IMG/VR virus record: IMGVR_UViG_3300018012_000099
Source: a virus
Lineage: Duplodnaviria; Caudoviricetes
Reading direction: 5' to 3' (one strand)
Length of the DNA: 64,000 bases
Shown here: positions 19,359 to 30,700 of the stretch, piece after piece
Layout of the letters: every line of letters starts with the position of its first letter
Position numbering within the stretch: the first letter of the stretch is position 1
Program-made: the position numbers and the translations under genes
Notes under the pieces: generated by a model
Databases searched by the model: none
What the model saw: the letters and a program-made list of their open reading frames with translations, nothing else
Told to the model about the DNA's origin: nothing

Positions 19359-20168
19359 ATGAGAACTGACAGAAAAAACCCTTTTGCTTCCAACATGCTT
19401 GTGTCTTTGAAAGACGATAAGTGGCTTAATTATCAACGTATAGCAGGACGCATTGCCTCTGATGCGTTAATTGCTTTGGAGCAAGAAGTCGAAAAAAGAA
19501 CTCAACTGTCGTTAATTGATCTCAACGCTTATGCAGAAGAGATTATTACTAAGGCGGGCGGCATTCCCACTTTCAAAGGATATGGTAAACCGCCCTTTCC
19601 TGCCGGAGTTTGTATTTCTGTGGGAAAAAAGTTAGTACACGGCATTCCTACCGGTTATCGCTTGCAGGAAGGAGATGTTGTCAGTTTTGATTTAGGCGTT
19701 ACTATTGAAGGCGCTATTGCGGATACGGCTATTACCTGTATTTATGGTCAGGCCAAATCGGAGCAACACGTTAAATTAGTGCGGGCTACAGAAGAGGCTT
19801 TAACACAAGGCATCCGAGCTATCCAAGTAGGTAAACGATTGGGATGTATTGGTGAAGCTATTTATAAATCTGCTAGAAATAGCAATTTCTCGGTCATTAA
19901 TAACTATGGTGGACATGGTCTTTCATGGAATACTCCGCACGATAGTCCATTTGTGGCAAATAAGTCAACAAGTAGCGAGGGTATAAGAATACAAAATAAT
20001 TTGACTCTTGCTATAGAGCCTATGCTGACAACCGGATCGGTTAAAACTTGGACAGACAAAGATGGTTGGACGGTATGGTGCGAGGCAGAAATGTCCTCGC
20101 ATTTTGAACATACCATATACGTTCATGAAGATTGTGTAGAAATTATCACGGATAGGAGTAGGTTATGA
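19359..20168 (+). CDS. map: Methionine aminopeptidase type I
   Basis: All five metal ligands present: SFDLG, IADTA, GGHG, AIEPM, HFEHT. Confidence 0.93.
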   Translation: MRTDRKNPFASNMLVSLKDDKWLNYQRIAGRIASDALIALEQEVEKRTQLSLIDLNAYAEEIITKAGGIPTFKGYGKPPFPAGVCISVGKKLVHGIPTGYRLQEGDVVSFDLGVTIEGAIADTAITCIYGQAKSEQHVKLVRATEEALTQGIRAIQVGKRLGCIGEAIYKSARNSNFSVINNYGGHGLSWNTPHDSPFVANKSTSSEGIRIQNNLTLAIEPMLTTGSVKTWTDKDGWTVWCEAEMSSHFEHTIYVHEDCVEIITDRSRL

Positions 20169-20362
20169 AAAAATTGTTTGGTTATACTTGGGTAGGATGG
20201 TTGAACATCATCGTTTTGCAATGGTTATTCGTTCGACTTTACTATGCAGAGAGTGATAGTGGTAGCGTTGAAAATTATGGCATCATTTTTCCGATTGTTC
20301 CTTTGACCGGCTGGTGGAGTGATTATCTCCCGTTATCCAAGTACTGGAATATAAAATTATGA
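20165..20362 (+). CDS. Small membrane protein
   Basis: Trp-rich hydrophobic segments; ATGA coupling. Confidence 0.5.
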   Translation: MKKLFGYTWVGWLNIIVLQWLFVRLYYAESDSGSVENYGIIFPIVPLTGWWSDYLPLSKYWNIKL

Positions 20363-20535
20363 AGATTACTTTTGAGGACAAGAGTTACGTGGATTGCTAT
20401 AAATCAGATTCTCCAGGTAAAATAGTGCTAGTTATTTCTGCTAAAGACGGTTCAGATCCGTTAAAAAAAATTACCAACGCAGTAGAATTAACTATTGACG
20501 AGTTCAAGAAGCTTATTTCCAATGTTCAGGTGTAA
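20359..20535 (+). CDS. Small hypothetical protein (58 aa, MKITFEDKSYVDCYK...)
   Basis: Translated by hand; ATGA-coupled to 20165. Confidence 0.55.
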   Translation: MKITFEDKSYVDCYKSDSPGKIVLVISAKDGSDPLKKITNAVELTIDEFKKLISNVQV

Positions 20536-20536
20536 A

Positions 20537-21085
20537 ATGAAAGTGTATTTTGTGGGAAGTCATTCGGTTGGTAAAACGACTTTGGCACGCCATGTTTCGG
20601 AAACTTACAATTTGCCCATGATTACCGAGGTGGCCCGTATGGTTCTATCGGAAAAAGAATTACACCTCGATTCACTTCGCCACGATATCAAATTAGTGAA
20701 CGACTATCAGACACAAATTTTCTATCGACAACTTAAAGAAGAGGAAAAGGAAGAAAAATTTGTTTCCGATAGGAGTTTTGATTGTCTCGCTTATGCTGCC
20801 CAACATACCTATATTCTACCCGATCTACTATATTCTCCCGATTTAACTACCTATCTAGAAAAGCTCCGAGAGCCAGACACCTTTATCTTTTTCGTTCGAC
20901 CCAGTAAAGCTACCCTCAGATCTGATGGCGTTAGGGAGCAAATTAGCTGGGACGGTATTATCGCTATCGATGCCTATATCAAGTTTATGCTCCAGATGTG
21001 GCAATTAAGGCATTTTCAAATTAATATGGACAATATGCAAGAGAGAGTACAAATGATTAATGCCGTCCTATCTTTAAAGAAGTAA
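20537..21085 (+). CDS. P-loop nucleotide kinase/AAA_28-like ATPase
   Basis: VYFVGSHSVGKTTLA, FVSDRSFDCLAYA. Confidence 0.8.
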   Translation: MKVYFVGSHSVGKTTLARHVSETYNLPMITEVARMVLSEKELHLDSLRHDIKLVNDYQTQIFYRQLKEEEKEEKFVSDRSFDCLAYAAQHTYILPDLLYSPDLTTYLEKLREPDTFIFFVRPSKATLRSDGVREQISWDGIIAIDAYIKFMLQMWQLRHFQINMDNMQERVQMINAVLSLKK

Positions 21086-21100
21086 TGCTACTAATTTGAT

Positions 21101-21127
21101 ATTCTCTTGAGAATAACTCAAGAGGAT
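21101..21127 (+). promoter_or_regulatory. Hairpin covering the SD of the 21130 ORF
   Basis: attCTCTTGAG-aataa-CTCAAGAGgat: 8-bp perfect stem, 11 bp with one G-U pair, containing AGAGGA. Confidence 0.5.
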
Positions 21128-21129
21128 AC

Positions 21130-21273
21130 ATGGGTAGCATTTTAGTTCCGGGATATTTGCGTTGGGACGGTTTCAAGTACGTGCTTGATCCAAACATAAC
21201 GCATGCAATGTCTTTTAATAGCTCTTTCTATGTATATTTTGATGGTTTTAAGTTTATAAAGATTAGCGTATGA
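21130..21273 (+). CDS. Small protein (47 aa, MGSILVPGYLRWDGFKYV...)
   Basis: Translated by hand; AGAGG SD; internal repeat WDGFKY/FDGFKF. Confidence 0.45.
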   Translation: MGSILVPGYLRWDGFKYVLDPNITHAMSFNSSFYVYFDGFKFIKISV

Positions 21274-21325
21274 TCATATACTAACATTTTTGCATAGTCT
21301 TTGACTCTATTTGTGTCGGAGATTT

Positions 21326-22021
21326 ATGAGCAACTATCCTAATAGTATAGATGATTCTACTACATTGCCGCCTGCTTCGGGTGATGACGCCGTGTCAGTT
21401 AATGCTGCGATAGGTGCCATAGAAGCTATAGAAAATGAGTTAGGGCTAGTTCCGTCAGGAGTATATGCTGATGTCAGAACTCGATTAGATATTTTAGAAG
21501 CTCGTATCAATAACCCTTTTGCTCCCGCGCCCGACGTACTTAATCCTTTTTTTATAGGAAATACCGGCGTTACCGTCCAGGCGGGATTTGGAGATCCCAA
21601 TCTTGCTTTGGCTATTCCACCTCCTAAGACTGGATCTTTATTTCTTCGCGAGGATGGCTATCAAAATGTCTATGTATTTAGACCAGATGGATATTGGCAC
21701 GATATTGATTCCGCTAGTTTTGCTGCCCCCATCATAGTAACCACTAAAATAATCACTGGCAATTACGTATTCGATACCCCACTTCCTGACTATGTAATTT
21801 TTTGCAACGGCACCGCCCCAATCATCATTAACTTACCATCAGCAACAACGGGAAGACAAATTATTATTAAAGATATTTCGGGAAACGCCGCCGCTAATCC
21901 TATCACCCTATCCCCCGTAGCCGGTGCCACAATTGATGGAAGTTCTTCATTTGTCATACAGTCTAATAGAGCATCTCTAACGCTGACTGCCGCCAGTAAT
22001 TCTAATTGGTACATCCTGTAA
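21326..22021 (+). CDS. Putative virion fibre/structural protein
   Basis: N-terminus SNYPNSID..LP is shared with 32387; the C-terminal INLP..IIIKD..N.ITL..IDG..W.IL domain is shared with 22063. Confidence 0.6.
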   Translation: MSNYPNSIDDSTTLPPASGDDAVSVNAAIGAIEAIENELGLVPSGVYADVRTRLDILEARINNPFAPAPDVLNPFFIGNTGVTVQAGFGDPNLALAIPPPKTGSLFLREDGYQNVYVFRPDGYWHDIDSASFAAPIIVTTKIITGNYVFDTPLPDYVIFCNGTAPIIINLPSATTGRQIIIKDISGNAAANPITLSPVAGATIDGSSSFVIQSNRASLTLTAASNSNWYIL

Positions 22022-22030
22022 TGTGATGGG

Positions 22031-22046
22031 TAATAAATGTGCATTT
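22031..22046 (+). promoter_or_regulatory. Putative late-promoter motif
   Basis: TAATA-aatgt-GCATTT upstream of the fibre gene. Confidence 0.45.
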
Positions 22047-22062
22047 ATTCTGTGAGGACTAG

Positions 22063-24714
22063 ATGACACAACAGTATTATATGCGAGGTTACAACACTGC
22101 TGCTCCTGGGACGGTGGGATATGTGGACTGGGTAGTTAATGACGCCCCCGACTCCACCGCAGCATTTGTGCCTTCTCCTTATAATCCGTCACATATTTCT
22201 AATATCGTCGTCAACAGGGTTGTTACTTCCAAAGTTAATAATTTTTTTAACCCTACTATTTTACCTTCCTTCGTATCGCCCAATTATACTAACCCGGTCG
22301 ATGGATATTTTTTACATCTAAACAGTTATGATTGGTTGAATCCAATTCCTCCCAATTTAACTCAAACATTACCTCCGCCATCTCAACCTATTGGTTTAGC
22401 GGTGGTGCGAGGCACCAGTGACGGCACCCATCTTAATCCATATTCTGCTTTATTTTGGAGCGAAGGATCTCAATCCTGGTCATTTGCTCAAATAAATGCT
22501 AACGGCACTATAGGCTCTTCTCAGACCATATCTATGGGATCCTTAATAATTGATGGTTATTTGGGTGTACAGCCGACCAATTCATCGCCAGCTATTTTTT
22601 CTTCCACTGGTTTGATTAGAATAGCTAATAATCAATCTGATGCAACTGGTAATACCGGAGCCATTAAATCTCGTAACCACACCAGTTCCGGTGATATTAG
22701 TATAGCTTTTACTGATAATGTCGATAACGTGGTCATAGGTGATGCTACTCATAATGTAATTATTGGTGGTACCGCTGCCAATACTATTGGTTTTCCCGCT
22801 ACTAGCCTGACCACCGTAGCAGGTAATTTATTGGTGTTAGGCACTTCTACTACCGTAGAAAGTACTGTCATAGATATAGTAGGTCGAGTTATCCACGCCA
22901 ATTGGAGCGTGGTCCCTAATGTGGCACCACCCACTCAAGTAGTGGGTTATACCGTTCACCGTGGGGCAGGTGCTACCAATCAAAATGATGGTGCCGCTAT
23001 TATTTGGACCGAGGGCACACAAACGGTCACCGGCTCTGACGGTTATTGGAGATTCGTTACCTTACCGCAAGATAATGATGGATATACTATTACTTCTAGC
23101 CCCAATATCCTTAATATTATGGCAGCGGGTCTTTCTGTGGCAGCCACACCCAATCCGGTCAGTACTACTTTGCCAGCAGTGGGCGGTCTTAGAACACAAA
23201 CTAATACAACTGCCGTTTCTGCCAGAAATGCTGCGGGCACCTCTGATCACCTATTATTGGGCACGGATAATGCCGATCACATCACCCTAGGGGCTACCTC
23301 CTCTCCTCATAATGCAGGATTTATTTTTAATACTACCACGGGCAGCATATACGATTTCTGGGTCAATTCAGCTTCTCAAGTACAAATTGGAGCTAATGCT
23401 ATCACCTTTACCGGTACCGATACTTCGCCAACTTTATCACAAGCTTTAGTATCTACTGCCTCTGCCACCGGACAAACCCTTACTATTCAATCCCAAAATG
23501 CTACTGGCACCACCTCTATCGGTGGCAATCTCAATTTGACATCAGGAACCGGAACTTCTGTTGATGGATATGTTAATTTACAATTTGGTGGTACCACAGT
23601 CCTCACCGTATCATCAACTACCTTAGTCACTATGAGCGGCACTACTTTCCAGTTCACTTCAGGCGTGGTTGCCCCCACCATCAATCAAGCTACCACCGGT
23701 AGCGCTAGCGGACAAGCACTCACCCTACAAGCACAAAATGCTGCTACCACGGGTGGTGGTTTAACTCTTACTTCTGGTACCGGAAGCAGTTCTGCCAATG
23801 CAGGTATTGTTAATATTCAAACGGGCACAGCTACTAGAGTATCTGTTAATCCAACATTTACTTCATTTAGTGATACGACAGAAGCATTACGCGTTACTCC
23901 GGTATCTGCTGGTACTACACAAATTACTTATGCTGCGACCGTGACTGCCGCCTCTATCAATCAAACCACTACGGGTAGTGCCACCGGTGCCAATATGACA
24001 TTACAGGCACAAAATGCCGCAACAACTGGTGGTAATACTGTCATTACTTCTGGTACGGGTACTACTGCTGGTAATGTGCAATTGCAAACTGGAACAGTAG
24101 ATCGTATAATTGTACATCCAACCTTTACTGAATATCGAGATTCTGCTGAAGCCTATCGTGTTACTCCGGTGTCTGCCGGAACGACTACCCTACAAGCAGC
24201 CAGCACGGTCACTGCCGTCATCTATAAACAAGCTGACTTAACCACCAATAGTGGAGTCGGTGCCGCCACCACAGTGCAAGCACAAAATGAAACGGGCACC
24301 ACCTCTACAGGCGGTAATTTAGTTCTTACTTCTGGTACTGGCACTTCCACTAACGGAACCGTTAATCTGCAGGTAGGTGGTGTGACTACTGCCTCGCTGG
24401 TAACTAACAAGTTTGTTACCAATAAGGGTCGTCGTCGAAATGTCACCCCAATTACAGCCAATTATCCTGTAGTAACTTCCGATGATATTATTGCAGTTGG
24501 AACCTTATCAGCAGGCATTACGGTCACCCTGCCCTCTTCCCCCACAACTGGCGACTCTTATGATATCAAAGATACAGTAGGGGGTGCTGCTACCAATAGT
24601 ATCACAGTATCGGGTAATGGAAATAATATTGATGGAGCGGCTAATTTTACCATAAATACCAATTACGGTTCTGTAACCGTTGTATTCACGGGTACTGTCT
24701 GGAGTATTTTGTAA
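22063..24714 (+). CDS. Long Thr/Gly-rich tail-fibre-like protein with internal repeats
   Basis: Four QAQNA..GG.L.LTSGTG..G.V.LQ.G repeats; fibre-tip-type C-terminal domain ending VWSIL. Confidence 0.7.
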   Translation: MTQQYYMRGYNTAAPGTVGYVDWVVNDAPDSTAAFVPSPYNPSHISNIVVNRVVTSKVNNFFNPTILPSFVSPNYTNPVDGYFLHLNSYDWLNPIPPNLTQTLPPPSQPIGLAVVRGTSDGTHLNPYSALFWSEGSQSWSFAQINANGTIGSSQTISMGSLIIDGYLGVQPTNSSPAIFSSTGLIRIANNQSDATGNTGAIKSRNHTSSGDISIAFTDNVDNVVIGDATHNVIIGGTAANTIGFPATSLTTVAGNLLVLGTSTTVESTVIDIVGRVIHANWSVVPNVAPPTQVVGYTVHRGAGATNQNDGAAIIWTEGTQTVTGSDGYWRFVTLPQDNDGYTITSSPNILNIMAAGLSVAATPNPVSTTLPAVGGLRTQTNTTAVSARNAAGTSDHLLLGTDNADHITLGATSSPHNAGFIFNTTTGSIYDFWVNSASQVQIGANAITFTGTDTSPTLSQALVSTASATGQTLTIQSQNATGTTSIGGNLNLTSGTGTSVDGYVNLQFGGTTVLTVSSTTLVTMSGTTFQFTSGVVAPTINQATTGSASGQALTLQAQNAATTGGGLTLTSGTGSSSANAGIVNIQTGTATRVSVNPTFTSFSDTTEALRVTPVSAGTTQITYAATVTAASINQTTTGSATGANMTLQAQNAATTGGNTVITSGTGTTAGNVQLQTGTVDRIIVHPTFTEYRDSAEAYRVTPVSAGTTTLQAASTVTAVIYKQADLTTNSGVGAATTVQAQNETGTTSTGGNLVLTSGTGTSTNGTVNLQVGGVTTASLVTNKFVTNKGRRRNVTPITANYPVVTSDDIIAVGTLSAGITVTLPSSPTTGDSYDIKDTVGGAATNSITVSGNGNNIDGAANFTINTNYGSVTVVFTGTVWSIL
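23470..24390 (+). repeat. Four degenerate coding repeats (about 45-70 aa each) in the fibre gene; a fifth copy is at about 26465-26590
   Basis: The 23-nt stretch ttagttcttacttctggtactgg is identical at 24319-24341 and 26518-26540. Confidence 0.75.
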
Positions 24715-24753
24715 TTCGGAAACAGCTGATATATAGTATTTCGGAGGTCAGAA

Positions 24754-25575
24754 ATGACAAACGAAATACCTGAGCAAATATGGTCGTTGTATCGAATTAT
24801 AAACAAAATCAACGGAAAAATCTATATCGGTCAAGCTGCCGAAGTATCCAAGCGCTGGTATGATCATCGCAGAGCAGTTAAACTAAATAAACCAACTCAA
24901 ATCGTTCACCGTGCCATGATAAAATATGGTTTAGATAACTTTGAATTCGAAGTTATAGCGTCCTGTAAAACTCAAGAGGATGCTAATGAGACCGAAACAG
25001 AATTAGTTAGACAATACGATAGTTTTGTTAAAAATGGCAAAGGATATAATGCTACCTTTGGCGGTATGAATGCCCCAAAAACCGAAGAGTGGAAACAAAT
25101 AATGCGAGATATTAAGGCAGATCCAATTTTCAAAAATAAAATGTCAACACTTTTAAAACAGTCTTGGAACGAAAGTCCAGAAAGAAAACAACAACTGTCA
25201 GAGCACAATAAAAATCTATGGCAAGACACAGAATACAGAAAAAATATGTTGTCCATCACTGAAAAAACTCAATTCAAAAGAGGCAGAATTGTTCCTGAAG
25301 AAATAAAAGAAGCTATTTCAAAAGCTAATTCAGGTAAAGTTGCATGGAATAAGAATATTAAAGGAATAATGAAACCAAACAAAACCTCTTTTAAGGTGGG
25401 TCAAAATATAGGGGAAAATAACGTAAACAGCAAGTTGAATTGGTCAATTGTGTCTAGTATTAGAAAAGATAGAAATGATGGTTTATCTTACAAACAACTC
25501 GCTGATAAATATCAGATAAGTAAATCTGTCATCGCTCAAGTTGTTACGTTTAGAACTTGGAAAGTTAAAAGCTAA
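24754..25575 (+). CDS. GIY-YIG homing endonuclease (free-standing)
   Basis: SLYRIINKINGKIYIGQA, GYNATFGG, C-terminal HTH. Confidence 0.9.
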   Translation: MTNEIPEQIWSLYRIINKINGKIYIGQAAEVSKRWYDHRRAVKLNKPTQIVHRAMIKYGLDNFEFEVIASCKTQEDANETETELVRQYDSFVKNGKGYNATFGGMNAPKTEEWKQIMRDIKADPIFKNKMSTLLKQSWNESPERKQQLSEHNKNLWQDTEYRKNMLSITEKTQFKRGRIVPEEIKEAISKANSGKVAWNKNIKGIMKPNKTSFKVGQNIGENNVNSKLNWSIVSSIRKDRNDGLSYKQLADKYQISKSVIAQVVTFRTWKVKS

Positions 25576-25599
25576 CTACCAATTATTAGGAATATACGT

Positions 25600-27009
25600 A
25601 TGACTTACAAAGAACCCTCTGCCACCGGCTCAGAACCAGGACTAATTACTCTAACGAATGATTTAGGAGGTTCGGCTACCTCTCCGTCAGTAATTACTCT
25701 GACGGGATCTGCTGTTAATAAAATAGCAGGATATCCTGGAGCTACCACTACCCGAGGTGCTCTCTGGATGGGCAGCACTAACGTCGCCTCTCCCAGCAAC
25801 GTCAACTTCACACTTTCCACCGATGCCAGCGCCAATACTTACTTGGGTGCCTTGGGTGCCAGTAACGGCAACTTCTTCTTCTACGCCGCACCGGGTGGCA
25901 CACTAACCCAGTTGGCACTGTGGGGTGGTCAAAGTGGAGATAACCTGTTATTGGGGGCTCCAGCTACTGACCAACTTAATATCACGCCTGCTGGTTTGTC
26001 TATTACCACTCCAACAGCAGATACCGCCACCAACAATATCACACTGACACCACAAGCTCCTAACGGCAGCGCTACCTCGCATAAGACCCCCGGTAGCGTG
26101 GTGGTTAATGCTCCTCTACCTATCAGTGGTGGTGGAGAAGGTACTTTCCAATATCAAAGAAATGGACAACCATATTTTACCGTGCAAGGTTTGGTAGGTG
26201 GTCCCACTTCCTATGCCGGCATCTACCTGGGACCTAACCTAACGCCCAACACCAGCAATCATTGTTTAGTTTCTGATAATACCAACGTGTTCGTTAATTC
26301 ACCTGGAGCCGGTGCTGTCCAACTACAGGTCAATGGTATTGTACAGGAGAACATTACCTCTTCTTCTATAGCAATCACTCCAGTTTCTTTAAGTTGGGTA
26401 ACTGGAACCACTTCTCCTAAACTAGCTCAAGCCGACAACACTACCAGTTCGGCTACTGCCACCAATTTGACCGTCCAAGCTCAAAATGCTACTGGAACTA
26501 CCTCCGTGGGTGGAAACTTAGTTCTTACTTCTGGTACTGGTACTTCCACCAATGGAACTGTTAATGTGCAAGCAGGAGGTAGTACCAAGTTAGCTGTTAC
26601 ACCAAGCCAAGTGCAAGTAACTGAACAATTTCTATTACAAAGCATTATTCTCAATGATGGTTACTCGGGAGCTACTACTACAGATGGTGGTACATACACC
26701 ATTTATACGGAACCTGCCCAAGCTACTTCTACCAGCTATGATTATGTAGTGACTGTGGTGGGTCAAGAGGCTTCGGATGGGGATTTGTATCGTGCTGACT
26801 TTTCTTTTAACTACCAAAGAATTGCATCCGCTGGTCCTACGGTAGCCGGTGCTGCACCTACAGCGCTTAATGTTAGAACCACCGGAGATGGTAGCAGCTG
26901 GAGTGCAGCTATTTCTACTGCCGGAAATAGTGTGATAGTAAATGTAACAGGTCAAGTAGGTAATACGGTAAACTGGGTAGTAGCTTTTAATAGAATTACT
27001 TGCGCCTAA
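25600..27009 (+). CDS. Tail-fibre-like virion protein
   Basis: LTNDLGGSATSPSV anchor motif; carries one copy of the 22063 repeat; Gly/Thr-rich. Confidence 0.65.
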   Translation: MTYKEPSATGSEPGLITLTNDLGGSATSPSVITLTGSAVNKIAGYPGATTTRGALWMGSTNVASPSNVNFTLSTDASANTYLGALGASNGNFFFYAAPGGTLTQLALWGGQSGDNLLLGAPATDQLNITPAGLSITTPTADTATNNITLTPQAPNGSATSHKTPGSVVVNAPLPISGGGEGTFQYQRNGQPYFTVQGLVGGPTSYAGIYLGPNLTPNTSNHCLVSDNTNVFVNSPGAGAVQLQVNGIVQENITSSSIAITPVSLSWVTGTTSPKLAQADNTTSSATATNLTVQAQNATGTTSVGGNLVLTSGTGTSTNGTVNVQAGGSTKLAVTPSQVQVTEQFLLQSIILNDGYSGATTTDGGTYTIYTEPAQATSTSYDYVVTVVGQEASDGDLYRADFSFNYQRIASAGPTVAGAAPTALNVRTTGDGSSWSAAISTAGNSVIVNVTGQVGNTVNWVVAFNRITCA

Positions 27010-27017
27010 GGGATAAA

Positions 27018-27743
27018 ATGGTTGGATTTAATGTAACAAAGGTACTACCCTCCAATTTTCAGCCCAACTGGTTGTCTGGATCTCCTAATGTTCTATGGGT
27101 ACGTGGTGATAAGGGGGTTACTCTTAATTCTACTACCATTAGCGCGTGGGCCGATCAAAGCGGTAATGGTCATAATTTATCTCAAGGTACACCCAGTACA
27201 CAACCCACTTTTGTTAGTTCCAGTATTAATAGTCGTCCAGCCGCACAATTTGTATCTGGTAGCCATCAAGTATTAACCAATAGTGGTGGCTGTCCGGGAG
27301 GAAATGCTGCGCACACAATTCTCGTTGCTGGTGCATTTACTGCTACCCCCGCCACTTTCCAAGGTTTGGTAGGCTATGGAGGATCGAACACCGGCTACGG
27401 ATCTTCTACAGTGGGTCAAGAAGGAAAATATTGGTTTGGTGGTTCCAACAATGTAAGTCCGATGAGCAGTGGTAATGCTGATACTTCATCTCACGTTTTT
27501 ACAAAGACTTTCGATGGATCTCATATTGACGGTTATATTGATGGCACTAGTGTGGCTACACTTAGCAGCGTCACTATGGCACTAAGTACCGGCATACAAG
27601 TGGGTGCCTATGCTGACCCCGCCAATACTTATTGCAGTGCTAACATCGCCGAAGTCATTATTTACAATCGCATATTAACTGCCGGGGAACAAACCCAGGT
27701 ACAAAGATATCTAGGAAATAGATATGCTATTACTGTTCCGTAA
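27018..27743 (+). CDS. LamG/concanavalin A-like lectin-domain protein
   Basis: LWVRGDKGV..WADQSGNGHNL..IAEVIIYNRILTAGE..YL. Confidence 0.75.
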   Translation: MVGFNVTKVLPSNFQPNWLSGSPNVLWVRGDKGVTLNSTTISAWADQSGNGHNLSQGTPSTQPTFVSSSINSRPAAQFVSGSHQVLTNSGGCPGGNAAHTILVAGAFTATPATFQGLVGYGGSNTGYGSSTVGQEGKYWFGGSNNVSPMSSGNADTSSHVFTKTFDGSHIDGYIDGTSVATLSSVTMALSTGIQVGAYADPANTYCSANIAEVIIYNRILTAGEQTQVQRYLGNRYAITVP

Positions 27744-30700
27744 TTAAGGATTAAATCCAGGTAATACTTCGAACATTACATAAATATCTAGATTACCTTG
27801 AGTTAAAGCACTTAAATTAGCCACTGTAGATCTAAAAGTGGCGCTTAAAACCCACTGTTCGGTAGTAGTTGGGTTTCCGTCTGTGGTTCCCCACACCAAA
27901 GCCGCTCCTTGAACGGTAGTAGCCAAATCGGCTCCTAAATCTCCTGAGGAGGCACCAATGGGTGTAGTGGTAGTAACCGCAGATTTGACATCCGTAGCCA
28001 GAATATAAGAGTTAGTAACCGCTGATCCTGATACTGGAACTTGTTTACCCACTTCTACTGTACAAGTAGCGATAGAGCCTCCAGAAAAAGTTGTGTTAAT
28101 ATTAACATACACAGCTTTAATTCTAGTTTTATTCCATGGATAAGATAAAGCCAATGTATTGGTTAATCCTCCAGTGTGCACTGCTGTAAAAGGAATGGTA
28201 AATTTGGCACACGCCCCTACCATAGATCCCAGAGTTGGAGTTAGAACACCAGAGGCTAGTGAGGCGCCAGGCTGTGCTGGTAATACTTGGCGGGCAATAT
28301 GCAAATCTTGTCCATCAAAGCGTTGAATGGGGACATTGGTTCCTCCTTCAGAAGGAACGAAAAAATCCCCGTCTGATGACACACGGAATTGTAATCCTCC
28401 GCCACCGTACCCAGAATAGTATTGTTTAGTACCAGAAATATAAGCATTAGTGTTGCTATCAAATACTGGAAAAAATAATTCACCAGTGTATGAACTATTG
28501 AAAATATAGGTAGTACCTCTAGAACGTAGGGAGCCCGCTTCGCTAGTCGCTCCAGTATTGGCTCCCGCTGCTATGACCAAGGGAAAATTGTTGGTGGAAT
28601 CTAGCCATTCGCATCCTTCGAAAGACATGCTGCCACCGAAACGAATAAAGGCATCACCCGTACCATAATTTGTGAAATCTCCCCTATTTGGTGTATTACC
28701 GCTCCACGTACAGGCAATAAAACTACACTGGGCAGCTGCGGCGGTTCCTATATTACCTTGCAGCAAGTAACCAGAACCTTCTGATTCAAAACCATTTACT
28801 ACCATAGCAGTACCAGCACATCGAAGATCACACTGATTATCAGCGGCGGTACAAGCGTTGAGAGTAAAACAATCACTTCCATAAATAGCATCTAGTCCAG
28901 TACCGAGTGAAATAAAAATACACCCATCAAATCCAAACTGTTTGACATTGGCGCCAGACAAGCAACGCCATCCTGCATAGGTGGAAATACCAGCTACGTA
29001 AAAATTAGTAGTAGAATAGGTTCCGGCTGCAAAATGAGCTGTTAGTCCAGTAGAGCCAAGTACAAAGGAAGCGGCTGTTGATTGACCAGTTTGTTGAACC
29101 ACGCTATTTAAAGTCCAAGTAAATTGTGCTACACCTAGCGTTCCTCCAAAGGTAATAATAATACCTATGTTGTTGGCTGCGCTGGTATTGCCGACACCAG
29201 TAAAAGTAACAGCTGGCGGAGATGTTCCGTAGGAAGTAACGGCAAAACCCGCTCCTTGAAAATAACAATCTCGGAAATTAGAAGTATCTACCTGCGCACC
29301 TACAAATGCACCAGTTAGATCTCCGGCAGCAAAACAAGCAGGAGAAGGTCCCTCTTCAGTCCAGGTAACACCGCCATCGGTAACAGTGCCACCAGCCGTT
29401 TGTGGGAAAACGGGAGCACTAGCACCACTGGTGCCTCCCGTGGTAGCTTTATATAAGTGTCCATTATCTTGAAAAAATCCACTATCTGAAGCAATTACGT
29501 AGGTATTTTGAGGATACGGAGCTCCGGGTTGCCAGACTGGCACTGAAATGGTATTGATAAATGCACAGTTGGTCCATTTTGTTCCGGTAGAAAAGGCTCG
29601 AAGATTAACACAAATAGCTGCGTTGGCCCCACCGTCGAAATTGATACCAGAGATGCGAACACTGCGAGCATTACTGATGGAAAACATAGTGCCATACTGA
29701 GCACCGTTCCATCTTATAGTAGTACCCGGATATGCTCCATGGCCACCCATTTCACCTTGCCAGACGAAATAATTAGTATGACCTGAACCCGGACCTCCTG
29801 AATCGACTACTATTGTAGAACTAATGAGGTATGTTCCCATGGGGAAAAACAAAGTAGGAGGATCAGTAGCTAGAGCGGTATTTTGTGTAATTGATGCGGC
29901 TATAGCGGCATTGATAGCTGCCGTATCATCAGTGACACCATCACCCACTGCGCCATATTGTGGATCTTTAACATTGATCACAGTGTGCACGTTAGTAACA
30001 GTACCTAGACGAGCGTAACCGCTAGCTGATCCAAAATTCCCACTATCGAAGATTACGTTATTGGTACCTGGATCCGTGATAGATGTAAAACCAGATGCAT
30101 ACACTAGGCAATTATGTGAATAGCTGGGTAGATCAAGCGTAACTCCGACCATCAGACAGGTGGTGAAGTTAGTGGTTACATAAGTTGATGCTGATTGTGG
30201 CGTGCTTCTGAGGTACTGTAGTGGTCCCGAGCTTCCACAGTGACAATTGTTAAAAGTAACTTGGTTAATAGCAGTAGGTTGTGTTGGTGTTTCAGTGGTG
30301 ACGTCAAAGACAATATCTCCCAAGCTGCTACCATTAACTCCACCATTATTGCCCTCGAACCACCAACCATCGATATTTATTGTCTCTACAGCATTAATAC
30401 CAGATAGTTGCAGACGAGGTTTAATTCTCATACCTATTTGATAATTGCCCTGAGCAATACCACCGAAAAATGATAAATTAGCTCCAACTTGAATATCCAT
30501 TCCGATATTGTTATTTTGACAATTAACATTATAAAAGAAATTATTATTAAAAGAGAATGAGTTGACTGTTCCATTAATTAAAATACCGGTACCATTACTA
30601 GTGGCATAAATATCTCTATAAACGCATTCTTCTCCATCACCAGGGTTCAAACCTACAAAAAATCCTTCCAACCAAACATTTTCTACATTGGAAAGTGTAA

